Under the pieces are notes generated by a model that was not told where the DNA came from, ran no database searches, and was given only the letters and a program-made list of their open reading frames with translations. 64,000 nucleotides of DNA from Kiloniellales bacterium. GTDB taxonomy: Bacteria > Pseudomonadota > Alphaproteobacteria > Kiloniellales > JAKSBE01. The translations under genes and the position numbers were made by a program. Positions 26,841-36,717 of the stretch are shown in pieces. The stretch lies in NCBI GenBank assembly GCA_028282935.1, contig JANQGU010000036.1, positions 1,406 through 65,405 of the forward strand. The letters run 5' to 3'. Within the stretch, counting starts at the first letter, position 1. Each line of letters starts with the position of its first letter.

Positions 26841-27442
26841 CCCTCGATCCCGCGACGAAGGCGCCCGACTTGGCGGCGGCCTTCGCCGCCTTCGACCGCG
26901 CCAACGCCGCCGACCCGCACCTGGAAGACAGCGAAGACGGCCCGCAAGCCAAGGAGCTGCTCTACGGCCGCCGGATGAGCGCCTGCCTCGCGGAGGTCTA
27001 TCCCGAGGCCTCGGTCGAGCTGCAGCTCGCGGCGCGGGCCCAGCACCTGGAGCGCTGGCGGACCCCTCGGAACAGCTATCCCGAGGGCCGGGTCGGCTAC
27101 CTCACCTGGCGCCGCGACCTCAAGGCCTTCCACGCCGAGCGCGCCGCCGAGATCCTGCGCGACCTGGGCTTCGACGAGGCGGTCATCGCCCGGGTCGGCG
27201 CCCTGCTGCGCAAGGAGCGCCTGAAGCAGGACCCGGAGTCCCAGGCCCTGGAGGACGTCGCCTGCCTGGTCTTCCTGACCCATCACTTCGCCGCCTTCGC
27301 CGAGGGCCACGACGAGTCGAAGCTGGTCGACATCCTGCGCAAGACCTGGCGCAAGATGTCGGAGCGGGGGCGGCAGGCGGCGCTCGCCCTGCCGCTGGAG
27401 GGCAGGCCCCTGCAGCTCGTGCAGGCCGCGCTGGCCGAGTAG
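26822..27442 (+). CDS. DUF4202 domain protein (function unknown)
   Basis: 206 aa from ATG 26822 (GGGGAGG SD), overlaps cbiX end by 19 nt; all-helical-looking sequence recalled as DUF4202 family. Confidence 0.7.
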   Translation: MSGQPIALDPATKAPDLAAAFAAFDRANAADPHLEDSEDGPQAKELLYGRRMSACLAEVYPEASVELQLAARAQHLERWRTPRNSYPEGRVGYLTWRRDLKAFHAERAAEILRDLGFDEAVIARVGALLRKERLKQDPESQALEDVACLVFLTHHFAAFAEGHDESKLVDILRKTWRKMSERGRQAALALPLEGRPLQLVQAALAE

Positions 27443-27470
27443 GCCGCGCCGCCGCCGCGCGCGGAGGGTC

Positions 27471-28046
27471 TCAAGAGCCGAAAAGGACGAAACGGCGGTT
27501 GGTCGACTGGGTCGGCCGGTAGTTGTTGGGATAGAGTTCGGCGAAGGCCTCGATCTGGACCGGCGAGACTTCGACCGGCCGATCGAAGACCACCCAGCTC
27601 ACGATTTCCGAGCAGGGCGGCGTGGTGAGCGAGCCGGCGTAGCGGAAGATGGCGCTGTCCTCGGGAAGCAGCGTCGCCAGATCGATCGCAGCTTCCACCT
27701 GCCGGGCACCCTTGTCTTGCGGGGCGTTGTCCAGGATCGTCTTCAGCGCGTCGTTGGCCTGGCCGGGCACGAGAAAGGCGCCGAGAACCAAAAGGTCGCC
27801 CTGTGCCGACTTGTGGACGAAGTGGGCCTCCATCGGCAGCCGCGCGCCGTCGAGGGTGTGCTCGCTCTCGTGGTGGAAGTGAAGCTGCAGCAGGTCGTAG
27901 CGCTTGCCGTCGAAGGTCGTGTAGCTGCCGGTCGGCGCATTGGCCTGGATGGTGTGGCCGTTGTTGACGACCTCGGGCGCCAGCGCCTGCCAGGAAATCT
28001 CGATCTCCTCCGGTTCGGCGGCGTGCGTGCGCTTCAGATCTATCGG
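27471..28046 (-). pseudogene. Alpha-carbonic anhydrase remnant lacking start codon, signal peptide and ~55 N-terminal codons
   Basis: Frame open from ...PIDLKRTHAAEPEEIEISWQ... to stop 27471 and ~89% identical to the intact copy over the last 120 aa; no ATG/GTG/TTG upstream of Met at 27833; 5' region deleted relative to copy 2. Confidence 0.65.
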
Positions 28047-28109
28047 AGCCGGCTTGGACCATCGTCTCGCCGCAGGAGCTAAGTGTGGCGCGGAGGCGGG
28101 GACAACGGG

Positions 28110-28175
28110 CTTAAGCTGCTGTTAGCCTGGCGTTCAGGCAGCGTTAGTCCGCTGTTAATCTGGCGTTAAGGTGCC
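28110..28175 (+). promoter_or_regulatory. Six phased 11-bp GTTA direct repeats (copy 1)
   Basis: cttaagctgct gttagcctggc gttcaggcagc gttagtccgct gttaatctggc gttaaggtgcc; exact 11-bp register. Confidence 0.6.
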
Positions 28176-28335
28176 GACGGGCAAAAGCCCGAGCCTGATC
28201 CGGCGGGAGACCTCGGCGGCGGGCGGGGCCGCCGCTGGACCGCGCTGGACTCCCGGCTGTCGGCGCCGTGGTACTATGGCGCCTGCGGGCCGCGGTGGTA
28301 GCGTCGTCAGGCTGTAGCAAGGGGAGGGTGGCAAG

Positions 28336-29367
28336 GTGAAGGTCTGCATCTACGGCGCCGGCGCGATCGGCGGATATCTCGCGGTGGAGCTAGCGCAGGT
28401 GTCGGGGGTCGAGGTCTCGGCCATCGCCCGGGGCGGGCATCTGGCCGCGATGCGCGAGAAGGGCCTGAAGCTGGTGATCGGCGAGGAGACCCGCGTCGCC
28501 CAGGTGCAGGCCAGCGACGACCCGGCCGATCTCGGTCCCCAGGACTTCGTGATCATCGCCCTCAAGGCCCATCAGGCCTGGGAGGTCGCCGAGCAGATGG
28601 CGCCGCTGCTGGGACCCGAAACCGCCGTGGTGACCTGCCAGAACGGCGTGCCCTGGTGGTACTTCCACGGCCTGGACGGCCAGTACGCCGACCTGCGCCT
28701 GGCCAGCGTCGACCCGGACGACCGGCAGTGGAACGCCATCGGGCCGGAGCGGGCGATCGGCTGCGTCGTCTACCCGGCGACCGAGATCGTCGAGCCGGGC
28801 GTGATCAAGCACACCTACGGCAACAAGTTCGCCCTCGGCGAGCCGGACGGCAGCACCTCGGAGCGCTGCCAGCGGCTGTCCGAGGCGCTGCTGGCCAGCG
28901 GCCTCAAGGCGCCGATCCTGCCGCACATCCGCAACGAGATCTGGCTCAAGCTCTGGGGCAACCTCTGCTTCAACCCGATCTCGGCCCTGACCCGCGAGAC
29001 CCTGGACGTGGTCGCCACCGACCCGGGCACCCGGGCCCTGTCACGGGAGATGATGCTGGAGGCGCAGCGCATCGCCGTGCGCCTGGGCGTGCACTTCCGG
29101 GTCGACGTCGAGCGGCGGATCAACGGCGCGGCCAAGGTCGGCGCCCACCGCACCTCGATGCTGCAGGACCTGGAGCGCGGCCGGCCGCTGGAGATCGACG
29201 CCCTCCTGACCGTGGTCCAGGAGATGGGCCGCATGGTCGACGTCGAGACGCCGCACATCGACAGCGTTCTGGCCCTGGTCCAGCAGCTCGGCCGCCGGCT
29301 GTCGCTCTATCCGACCTTCCCCGAGCACGGCCGCGAGGACCAGGACGCCGAGGTCGCGGTGGACTGA
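28336..29367 (+). CDS. Ketopantoate reductase (PanE/ApbA) family oxidoreductase
   Basis: 343 aa from GTG 28336; Rossmann GAGAIGG; C-terminal ApbA-like RTSMLQDLERGRPLEID. Confidence 0.8.
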   Translation: MKVCIYGAGAIGGYLAVELAQVSGVEVSAIARGGHLAAMREKGLKLVIGEETRVAQVQASDDPADLGPQDFVIIALKAHQAWEVAEQMAPLLGPETAVVTCQNGVPWWYFHGLDGQYADLRLASVDPDDRQWNAIGPERAIGCVVYPATEIVEPGVIKHTYGNKFALGEPDGSTSERCQRLSEALLASGLKAPILPHIRNEIWLKLWGNLCFNPISALTRETLDVVATDPGTRALSREMMLEAQRIAVRLGVHFRVDVERRINGAAKVGAHRTSMLQDLERGRPLEIDALLTVVQEMGRMVDVETPHIDSVLALVQQLGRRLSLYPTFPEHGREDQDAEVAVD

Positions 29368-29475
29368 GGCCGAGGCGGGGCCAACGCGCGATTCCAGGCT
29401 GGCGGTCCGGCTGCATAGGGCGCATATCTAACACCAAGGAGCGGCAGGCGAGACGCAGCGGAGGGCCGCAGGTCG

Positions 29476-30903
29476 ATGTCCGAGGCGCAGGAAGACGACG
29501 GGCAGGACGGGACGCCGCGGCGCCGGCCCTGGCAAAGGCTGCGCGCGCTGCTGATCCTGCCGCCGATCCTGGTCGGCATCCTGGTCCTGGTCTGGCAGTT
29601 CGCCGGGCGCGAGGGGCCGCAGCAGGAGCCGCCGCGGGAGGTGGCGCGGGCGGTCCGGGTCGTCGAGGTGCGGGCCACGACCTTCGTGCCCCGGGCCCTG
29701 GGCCATGGCTTCGTCCAGCCGGACCGGGTCTGGGACGCCGTGGCCCAGGTCGAAGGCCGCGTCGCCGCGCGGCATCCGCTGCTGGAGCGCGGCCAGATCC
29801 TGGAGGCCGGCAGCGAGCTGCTGCGCATCGATCCGACCGACTACGAGCTGGCGCTGGCCCGCGCCGAGGCCGACCTGGCCAGCATCCGGGCCCAGATCGC
29901 CGAGCTGGAGGTGGAGGAGAAGAACCTCCGGGCCTCGCTGGAGATCGAGCGCCGCGCCCTGGTCATCGCCGAGCGCGAGCTCGCCCGACAGCAGCAGCTT
30001 CGGACCAAGGGCAACGTCAGCCAGGCGCGGGTCGACGAGTCGGAGAACGCCCTGCTGCAGCAGCGCCAGAAGGCGCAGGACCTGGAGAACCAGCTCGGCC
30101 TGCTGCCGAGCCGGCGGGCCGTGCTGCAGGCCAGCGAGCGGCAGTCGGAGGCGGTGCTCTCCGAGGCGCGGGTCGATCTCGAGCGGACGGTGATCCGCCT
30201 GCCCTTCGCCGCGCGGATCGCCGAGGTCGAGGTCGAGACCGCGCAGTTCGTGCGCAGCGGCGACCGGCTGGTGGTCGCCGACTCGATCGATTCCGCGGAG
30301 ATCGCGGTCCAACTCCCGCTCGAGCGGATGCGGCCGCTGGTGCCGCAGGACCTGGACATCTCGGGGCTGTCGATCGCGGAGCTCGGCGAGGCGGCGCGCA
30401 GGATGGGCTTCCGGGCCCTGGTCCGCCTGCCGCAGGCCGAGTTCACCCTGCCCTGGGAGGCGCGCTTCGACCGCACCTCCGACACCATCGATCCCACGAC
30501 CCGGACCCTGGGCGTGATGGTCGTGGTCGATGAGCCCTATCGCAGCGTCCTGCCCGGCCGGCGGCCGCCGCTGACCAAGAACATGTTCGTCCAGGTCGAG
30601 CTCAGCGGCCGCGAGCGGGCGGACACCATCGTGATCCCGCGGATCGCGCTTCACGAAGCCGGCAGCGGGACGCCGGTGGTCTACCTGGCCGGGGCCGACG
30701 ACCGGCTGCTCCGGCGTCCGGTCGCGCCGGGGCCGGCGCAGGGCGACGTGGTGGTGATCGAGGAGGGCCTGGCGCCCGGCGAGCGGGTCGTGGTGACCGA
30801 CCTGGTGCCGGCGATCGAGGGCATGCTGCTGGCGCCGGTTCTCGACGAGGCTCTGATGAAGCAGGTCGCTTCCGGGGCCGCCGGGGCGGGGTCGGTGCGG
30901 TGA
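29476..30903 (+). CDS. RND efflux periplasmic adaptor (membrane fusion protein)
   Basis: 475 aa; N-terminal TM anchor, coiled-coil hairpin region, GTGA overlap with the RND permease. Confidence 0.85.
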   Translation: MSEAQEDDGQDGTPRRRPWQRLRALLILPPILVGILVLVWQFAGREGPQQEPPREVARAVRVVEVRATTFVPRALGHGFVQPDRVWDAVAQVEGRVAARHPLLERGQILEAGSELLRIDPTDYELALARAEADLASIRAQIAELEVEEKNLRASLEIERRALVIAERELARQQQLRTKGNVSQARVDESENALLQQRQKAQDLENQLGLLPSRRAVLQASERQSEAVLSEARVDLERTVIRLPFAARIAEVEVETAQFVRSGDRLVVADSIDSAEIAVQLPLERMRPLVPQDLDISGLSIAELGEAARRMGFRALVRLPQAEFTLPWEARFDRTSDTIDPTTRTLGVMVVVDEPYRSVLPGRRPPLTKNMFVQVELSGRERADTIVIPRIALHEAGSGTPVVYLAGADDRLLRRPVAPGPAQGDVVVIEEGLAPGERVVVTDLVPAIEGMLLAPVLDEALMKQVASGAAGAGSVR

Positions 30904-33900
30904 TCCGCTACTTCGCGAGTCATCTGACCGCGGCCAATCTCCTGATGATCCTGCTGCTGGCCTTCGGTGTCCTGGCCCTGCCGCAGCTCCTTCGCGAGAC
31001 CTTTCCCGACTTCACGGTCGACGCCGTCGAGGTCCGCGTGCCCTATCCCGGGGCCGCGGCCGAGACGGTCGAGGAGTCGCTCTGCCAGCGCATCGAGGAC
31101 GCGGTCGATGGCCTGACCGACCTGGGCGAGCTGCGCTGCGACGCCCGTGAGGGCCTGGCCACGGCGACCATCGAGATGCGCGAGGGCGGCGACCTCAACC
31201 GCTTCCTGCGCGAGGTCAAGGCGGAGGTCGACGCCATCGACGACTTCCCCGACCAGACCGAGGACGCGGTGGTCCGGCAGATCAACCTGGCCGACAGGGT
31301 GGTCTCGATCGCGGTCACCGGGCCGATGTCGGAACCGCACCTCAAGGTCTATGCCGAGGCCCTCAAGGACCGCCTGCTGCGCCTGCCCGAGGTCAGCCTG
31401 GTGGACATCACGGGCTTCTCCCAGCGTCAGATCCGCATCGCCCTGGATACCGCCCTGCTGCGCCAGTACGAGCTGAGCGCCCAGGACATCGCCGACAAGA
31501 TCGGCCGCCAGAGCGTCGACCTGCCGGCCGGGACCATCGAGACCGGCGAGCGCGACATCTTCGTCCGCTTCGCCGACGAGCGGCGGCGGCCCGAGGCCTT
31601 CGAGTCCCTGGTGCTGGTCGGCGGCGAGGCCGGCGGCGAGGTGACCTTGGGCCAGGTCGCCCGGATCTACGACACCTTCGAGCTGGAGGAGGACCGGGTC
31701 CTCTTCAACGGCCGCCGCGCCGCCCTGCTCGCGGTCAGCAAGACCAAGGACCAGGACGCCCTGATCGTGCGCGACGCGGTCGCACGCTTCCTCGAGTCGG
31801 AGCGGGGCCGGGCGCCGCCGGGGGTCGCCTTCGCGCTGACCCGCGACGTCTCGGACATCGTCCGCGACCGCCTGACCATGCTGGTCCGGAACGGCCTGCA
31901 GGGCCTGGTCCTGGTCTTCCTGGTGCTGTGGCTGTTCTTCTCCCTCAGGCTGTCGTTCTGGGCGGCGCTGGGCCTGCCGGTGTCCTTCCTGGGCTCGCTG
32001 ATGGTCATGGTCCTGATCGGCTACTCGCTGAACATGCTGACCATGGTCGCGCTGCTGATTGCCATCGGCATCATCATGGATGACTCCATCGTCATCGCCG
32101 AGAACGTCGCCCGGTTGCGCCGCGCCGGACGGGCGCCGCTGGAGGCCGCGATCGAGGGCACGCGGCAGGTCGCGCCCGGCGTCGCCGCCTCCTTCGTCAC
32201 CTCGATCTGCGTCTTCGGGCCGCTCGCCTTTCTCGAGGGCGACATCGGCAAGGTCCTGAAGGTGGTGCCCGTGGTCCTGATCATGACCCTGGCGGTCAGC
32301 CTGATCGAGGCCTTCCTGATCCTGCCGCACCATATCCGCCACACCCCGGCGGACCCGCGGCCGAGCCGCTTCGGCCGCGCCTTCGAGCGCGGCTTCGAGA
32401 CCCTGCGCCAGGAGGTCCTGGGCCGGCTGGTCGACGCCGCGGTCCGCTGGCGCTACCTGACCGCCGGGCTGGTGGTCATGATCTTCCTGGTCTCGCTCTC
32501 GGCGATGGCGGGCGGGCTGCTGAAGTTCCGCGCCTTTCCGGACCTGGACAGCGACGTGGTCGAGGCGCGGATCCTGCTGCCCCAGGGCACGCCCCTGAGC
32601 CGCACGGTGGAGGCCAGCGAACGGATCACCGCCGCGCTGGAACGGGTCAACGCGGCCTTCACCCCGGACCAGCCGGGTGGCGCGTCGCTGGTCCGCAACG
32701 TCCTGGTCCAGTTCAACACCAACGTCGACGCCTACGAAAGCGGCCCGCACGTCGCCACGGTGACCGCCGACCTCCTGAAGAGCGACCGGCGCCGGACCCA
32801 CAGCGACGCGATCCTCGACCGCTGGCGCCGCGAGGTCGGCAGCCTGACCGACGTCCTCAGCCTGACCTTCAAGGACCCCCAGATCGGGCCGGGCGGCTCG
32901 CCGATCGAGATCCGCCTGCAGGGCCCCGACCTGACCGAGCTCAAGGCCGCCTCCCGGGAGCTGCTCGACTGGCTGGGCCGCTACCGTGGGGTCGCCGACC
33001 TCAACGACGACCTGCGCCCGGGCAAGCCGGAGGTCTGGCTGACCCTGCGCGACGGCGCGACCCAGCTCGGCCTCGACGCGCGCAGCGTCGGCGGCCAGCT
33101 CCGCAGCGCCTTCCACGGCACCACCGCGTCGGAGATCCAGGTCGGGGCCGAGGACTTCGAGATCGACGTCCAGCTCGCCGGCGCCGACCAGGACAGCCTG
33201 GGCGACCTCGACGACTTCCACGTCACCCTGCCGACCGGGGAGCAGGTGCCGCTCTCGGCGGTGGCGCAGACCGAGATCGGCCGCGGCTTCTCCCGGATCG
33301 GCCGCATCGACGGCCGCCGCACGGTGACGATCCGCGGCGACGTCGATACCGAGGTGGCCAACGTCAACGAGATCCTGGGCGACACCATCGCCCGCTTCCT
33401 GCCGGAGCTGACCAGCCGCTTTCCGGGCGTCGAGGTCGGCCTGGAGGGCGAGATCGCCGAGCAGGGCAAGACCCAGGCCTCGATGCTGCGCGGCTTCCTG
33501 CTCGGCCTGATCGGGGTCTTCCTGCTGCTCAGCTTCCAGTTTCGCGACTACGTCGAGCCGGTGATCGTCATGCTCGCGATCCCCTTCGCCCTGATCGGCG
33601 TGATCTGGGGGCATATCCTCCTGGGCTTCGACCTCTCGATGCCCAGCATGCTCGGCTTCGCCTCCCTGGCCGGGATCGTGGTCAACGACTCGATCCTGCT
33701 GGTGATCTTCATCAAGCTGCGCGCCAAGGAGGGCCTGGGCATCGTCGACGCCGCCCGGCGCGCCAGCCGCGACCGCTTCCGGGCGGTGCTGCTGACCTCG
33801 CTCACCACCATCGCCGGTCTGGTGCCGCTGCTCTTCGAGCAGAGCCAGCAGGCGCAGGTCCTGAAGCCGCTGATCGTGTCGCTGGCCTTCGGGCTGATGG

Positions 33901-34004
33901 CCTCGACCCTGCTGGTGCTGATCGTGGTGCCGACGCTCTACGCCATCCTCGCGGATCTGCGCCCGGCGCGAACGGTCGTTGCCGAGCGCCAGGCCGTCGC
34001 TTGA
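30900..34004 (+). CDS. RND efflux permease (AcrB/AcrD/AcrF family)
   Basis: 1034 aa; 12-TM topology with two large periplasmic loops; no outer-membrane factor gene adjacent. Confidence 0.9.
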   Translation: MIRYFASHLTAANLLMILLLAFGVLALPQLLRETFPDFTVDAVEVRVPYPGAAAETVEESLCQRIEDAVDGLTDLGELRCDAREGLATATIEMREGGDLNRFLREVKAEVDAIDDFPDQTEDAVVRQINLADRVVSIAVTGPMSEPHLKVYAEALKDRLLRLPEVSLVDITGFSQRQIRIALDTALLRQYELSAQDIADKIGRQSVDLPAGTIETGERDIFVRFADERRRPEAFESLVLVGGEAGGEVTLGQVARIYDTFELEEDRVLFNGRRAALLAVSKTKDQDALIVRDAVARFLESERGRAPPGVAFALTRDVSDIVRDRLTMLVRNGLQGLVLVFLVLWLFFSLRLSFWAALGLPVSFLGSLMVMVLIGYSLNMLTMVALLIAIGIIMDDSIVIAENVARLRRAGRAPLEAAIEGTRQVAPGVAASFVTSICVFGPLAFLEGDIGKVLKVVPVVLIMTLAVSLIEAFLILPHHIRHTPADPRPSRFGRAFERGFETLRQEVLGRLVDAAVRWRYLTAGLVVMIFLVSLSAMAGGLLKFRAFPDLDSDVVEARILLPQGTPLSRTVEASERITAALERVNAAFTPDQPGGASLVRNVLVQFNTNVDAYESGPHVATVTADLLKSDRRRTHSDAILDRWRREVGSLTDVLSLTFKDPQIGPGGSPIEIRLQGPDLTELKAASRELLDWLGRYRGVADLNDDLRPGKPEVWLTLRDGATQLGLDARSVGGQLRSAFHGTTASEIQVGAEDFEIDVQLAGADQDSLGDLDDFHVTLPTGEQVPLSAVAQTEIGRGFSRIGRIDGRRTVTIRGDVDTEVANVNEILGDTIARFLPELTSRFPGVEVGLEGEIAEQGKTQASMLRGFLLGLIGVFLLLSFQFRDYVEPVIVMLAIPFALIGVIWGHILLGFDLSMPSMLGFASLAGIVVNDSILLVIFIKLRAKEGLGIVDAARRASRDRFRAVLLTSLTTIAGLVPLLFEQSQQAQVLKPLIVSLAFGLMASTLLVLIVVPTLYAILADLRPARTVVAERQAVA

Positions 34005-34076
34005 GCCGGCCCATCGCTTGAGAAGGAAGGCCGGGCGGGCGCCGCCCCTTTGCCTTTCGGCGCCCCGGGAACCGGC

Positions 34077-34799
34077 TCAGGAGCCGCCGGCCGTCGACTG
34101 ATCGAGCAGGATCAGGTCGAAGGTGCCGTTGGCCAGCGAGCCGACCGCGAAGGCCGTGTAGGCGACCTGCTCGTCCAGGCGGACGTCGACCTTGGCGACC
34201 GACCTGAAGCTGGTGTCCGGCGAGATCCGCACCTGATAGTCGCCCGCGGCGGCGTCGCTGGGGAAGCTCTGCTCGCCGTTGGCCAGCCCGTCGATCCGGA
34301 TGCTGTCGCGGAAGGAGCCGCGCTTCGGCCGCGCCTGGACGTCGACCGGAGGAGCGACCGCGGCGTGGACCACGGCGAGGCGGGTCTCGTGCGCGCCCAG
34401 GGTGGAGACGTTGTTGGTCACCTTGGTCAGGGTCGGCGAGCCGCCCTGGTTGAGGTGGGCGATGATGCTGGCGTTCTCGAAGACCGCGAGCTCGACACGG
34501 CCGGAGACGGCGAGCAGGCCGCCGCAGGGGTTGCCCTCGTCAGCGAGCGAGACCGCGATCTCGTAGCTGCCGGCCGGCAGCGGCACGTTGCGCGCGATGT
34601 CCCGGAAGGAGACGCCGGGCAGGGCGCAGCCGCCGTTGACCGAGATGTCGACCGTCAGGGCCTCGTCCAGGCCGAGGTCGCCGCCGTTGATGCCGTGGAT
34701 CACCTGGACGCTGGCGTCCTGGGCCTGCGCGGGCTGCGCCCAGGCCTGCAGGACCAGGAAACCGGCCGCCGCCATTGCGAGGGTTGAAAGAGTCTTCAT
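34077..34799 (-). CDS. Secreted DUF4397 domain protein
   Basis: 240 aa; signal peptide ...AWAQPAQA|QD; beta-rich repeats (VQVIHGINGG..., LAVVHAAVAPP...). Confidence 0.7.
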   Translation of the reverse strand: MKTLSTLAMAAAGFLVLQAWAQPAQAQDASVQVIHGINGGDLGLDEALTVDISVNGGCALPGVSFRDIARNVPLPAGSYEIAVSLADEGNPCGGLLAVSGRVELAVFENASIIAHLNQGGSPTLTKVTNNVSTLGAHETRLAVVHAAVAPPVDVQARPKRGSFRDSIRIDGLANGEQSFPSDAAAGDYQVRISPDTSFRSVAKVDVRLDEQVAYTAFAVGSLANGTFDLILLDQSTAGGS

Positions 34800-34983
34800 G
34801 ACGTACCTCCCATAGGTTATGGATGAACCTTCCTACGCTGGCCTGCGCCGTCCGGATGTCCGGGCTTCGTGACGGTCGTGCGAAGCTTGGATGACATCTC
34901 CATCGGCCCGCGGGCGGGGCGACGTGACGATTGGCAGCGGCGCAGAGGCGGACGACGGCGCCGCGATCCTCCAGGAGGCCGCT

Positions 34984-35679
34984 ATGACCCCGTTTCAGGA
35001 TCTCTTCGACTTGGCCGCCGAGCGCAAGGGCGGGGCCGCGGCGCTAGAGGCGCTTCTGCCCCTGCCCGAAAGCGCGGCGGCCCTGGCCCGGATTCCCGAC
35101 GACCGCTGGCTGGCCGGCATGACCAAGCGGATCTTCCAGTCCGGCTTCGTCTGGCGGGTGATCGAGAACAAGTGGCCGGGCTTCGAGGCCGCCTTCGAGG
35201 GCTTCGAGCCGCGGCGCTGGCAGATGATGTCCGACGAGGACCTGGACCGCCTGGTCAGGGACGAGCGCATCGTGCGCAACGCCAAGAAGATCCTGACCGT
35301 GCGCGACAACGCGCGGCTGCTTTGCGAGCTGGCGGCGGAGCGGGGCTCGGCGGCCAAGGTCTTCGCCGACTGGCCGAGCGAGGACTACGTCGGCCTGCTG
35401 GACCTCCTGAAGACTCGCGGCAGCCGCCTGGGCGGCTCCACCGCGCAGTACTTCCTGCGCTTCATGGGCAAGGATTCCTTCATGACCGCGGGCGACGTCG
35501 CCAAGGCCCTGGTCCGCGAGGGCGTGGTCGACAAGCCGCCGAGCGGCAAGGGCGCGCTCAAGAAGGTGCAGGCGGCCTTCAACGGCTGGATGGAGGAGAG
35601 CGGCCGGCCGCTCACCCAGATCAGCCGCGTGCTGGCCTTTACGGTGCCGGTCGAAGGCGAAGAGGACGCGGAGGATTGA
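34984..35679 (+). CDS. tag: DNA-3-methyladenine glycosylase I (Tag)-like protein
   Basis: 231 aa from ATG 34984 (AGGAGG SD); Tag-like core MTKRIFQSGFVWRVIENKWPGFEAAF...RIVRNAKKI. Confidence 0.65.
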   Translation: MTPFQDLFDLAAERKGGAAALEALLPLPESAAALARIPDDRWLAGMTKRIFQSGFVWRVIENKWPGFEAAFEGFEPRRWQMMSDEDLDRLVRDERIVRNAKKILTVRDNARLLCELAAERGSAAKVFADWPSEDYVGLLDLLKTRGSRLGGSTAQYFLRFMGKDSFMTAGDVAKALVREGVVDKPPSGKGALKKVQAAFNGWMEESGRPLTQISRVLAFTVPVEGEEDAED

Positions 35680-35815
35680 GAGGCGGGCCGGATCACCAGT
35701 CCGGTCGTCGGAGGCGCGGAAGGCAGGCGCCCCCCTTGACGCCTGCCTTCCTACGTCGCGACGAGCCGAGGGGTGTCAGGCGGCCTGTCGCAACATCCAC
35801 CGCTCGTCGAAGGTC

Positions 35816-36568
35816 TCAAAACCCGAAAAGGATGAAACGGCGGTTGGTCGATTGAGTCGGCCGGAAGTTGTTGGGGTAGAGCTCGGCGAAGGCTTCGATC
35901 TGGACCGGCGAGACCTCGACCGGCCGGTCGTAGACCACCCAGCTTACGATCTCGGAACAGGGCGGTGTGGTCAGCGAGCCGGCGTAACGGAAGATGGCGC
36001 TGTCGTCGGGAACCAGCGTCTCCAGATCGATCGCGGCTTCCACCTTTCGGGTGCCCTTGCTTTGCGGGGCGTTGTCCAGGATCGTCCTCAGCGCGCCGTT
36101 CGCTTGGCCGGGCACGAGAAAGACGCCGAGGACCAGGAGGTCGCCCTGTGCCGACTTGTGCACGAAGTGGGCTTCCATCGGCAGCTGCTTGCCGTCCAGG
36201 GTGTGCTCGCTCTTGTGGTGGAAGTGCAGCTGCAGCAGGTCGTAGCGCTTGCCGTCGAAGGTCGTGTAGCTGCCGGCCGGGGCGTTGGCCTGGATGGTGT
36301 GGCCGTTGTTGACGACCTCGGGCCCGAAGGCCTGCCAGGAAATCTCGATCTCCTCCGGTTCGGCGGCGTGGGTCCGCTGAAGGTCGATCGGAGACTGCTC
36401 ACGGCCGCTGCCGCAGGCCGCGAACTCGGACCCGATCTCGGACCAGTGCTCCGGCCCCTTCGGCCCCTCGTAGGACCATTCCCTGTCCTCGGCGGCGTAG
36501 CCGGCAGTCGCCGCGCCGAAGACGAAGGCGGCGACGGCTGTCCCGACGGCATGATCTCTGAGTTTCAT
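35816..36568 (-). CDS. Periplasmic alpha-class carbonic anhydrase
   Basis: 250 aa from ATG 36568 (AGGAG SD); signal peptide MKLRDHAVGTAVAAFVFGAATAGYA; zinc-His context LHFHHKSEH...EAHFVH; SLTTPPCSE. Confidence 0.9.
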   Translation of the reverse strand: MKLRDHAVGTAVAAFVFGAATAGYAAEDREWSYEGPKGPEHWSEIGSEFAACGSGREQSPIDLQRTHAAEPEEIEISWQAFGPEVVNNGHTIQANAPAGSYTTFDGKRYDLLQLHFHHKSEHTLDGKQLPMEAHFVHKSAQGDLLVLGVFLVPGQANGALRTILDNAPQSKGTRKVEAAIDLETLVPDDSAIFRYAGSLTTPPCSEIVSWVVYDRPVEVSPVQIEAFAELYPNNFRPTQSTNRRFILFGF

Positions 36569-36717
36569 CTCGTTCCACTCCTGGTAACTCTTGTCTCGGT
36601 TCTCGGGTTGCGTTTCTTGTCGAAAGTGGCGGATCCTCCCCCGTGGCCCCGGAAGACCTGCTTGGAGCATCGCCTCGCCAATGGAGCTAAGAGGGGCGCG
36701 AAAGCAGAGACAACGGA

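Larger units (their letters stand above)
27467..28176. repeat. Segmental direct repeat, copy 1 (alpha-CA locus with internal ~265-bp deletion)
   Basis: Aligns by eye end to end with 35812-36784 except for the segment equivalent to ~36394-36660. Confidence 0.85.

Noticed and set aside
27471-27833. 120-aa ORF as a stand-alone small carbonic anhydrase gene
   Set aside because: It is only the C-terminal part of an alpha-CA. It lacks the LHFHH-type zinc-His segment and the signal peptide, and homology continues upstream in frame without a start codon. It is better explained as a 5'-deleted pseudogene.
30681-33614. 977-aa minus-strand ORF antisense to the RND permease (similar cases: 47995-50481, 14190-16031, 24389-26059)
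   Set aside because: Low-complexity translations opposite strongly supported genes. They reflect stop-codon paucity in GC-rich sequence.
34029-34050. Candidate bidirectional terminator between the RND permease and the DUF4397 gene
   Set aside because: The best pairing I could find is a 4-bp stem with a 3-nt loop and a weak T-tract. That is not convincing.
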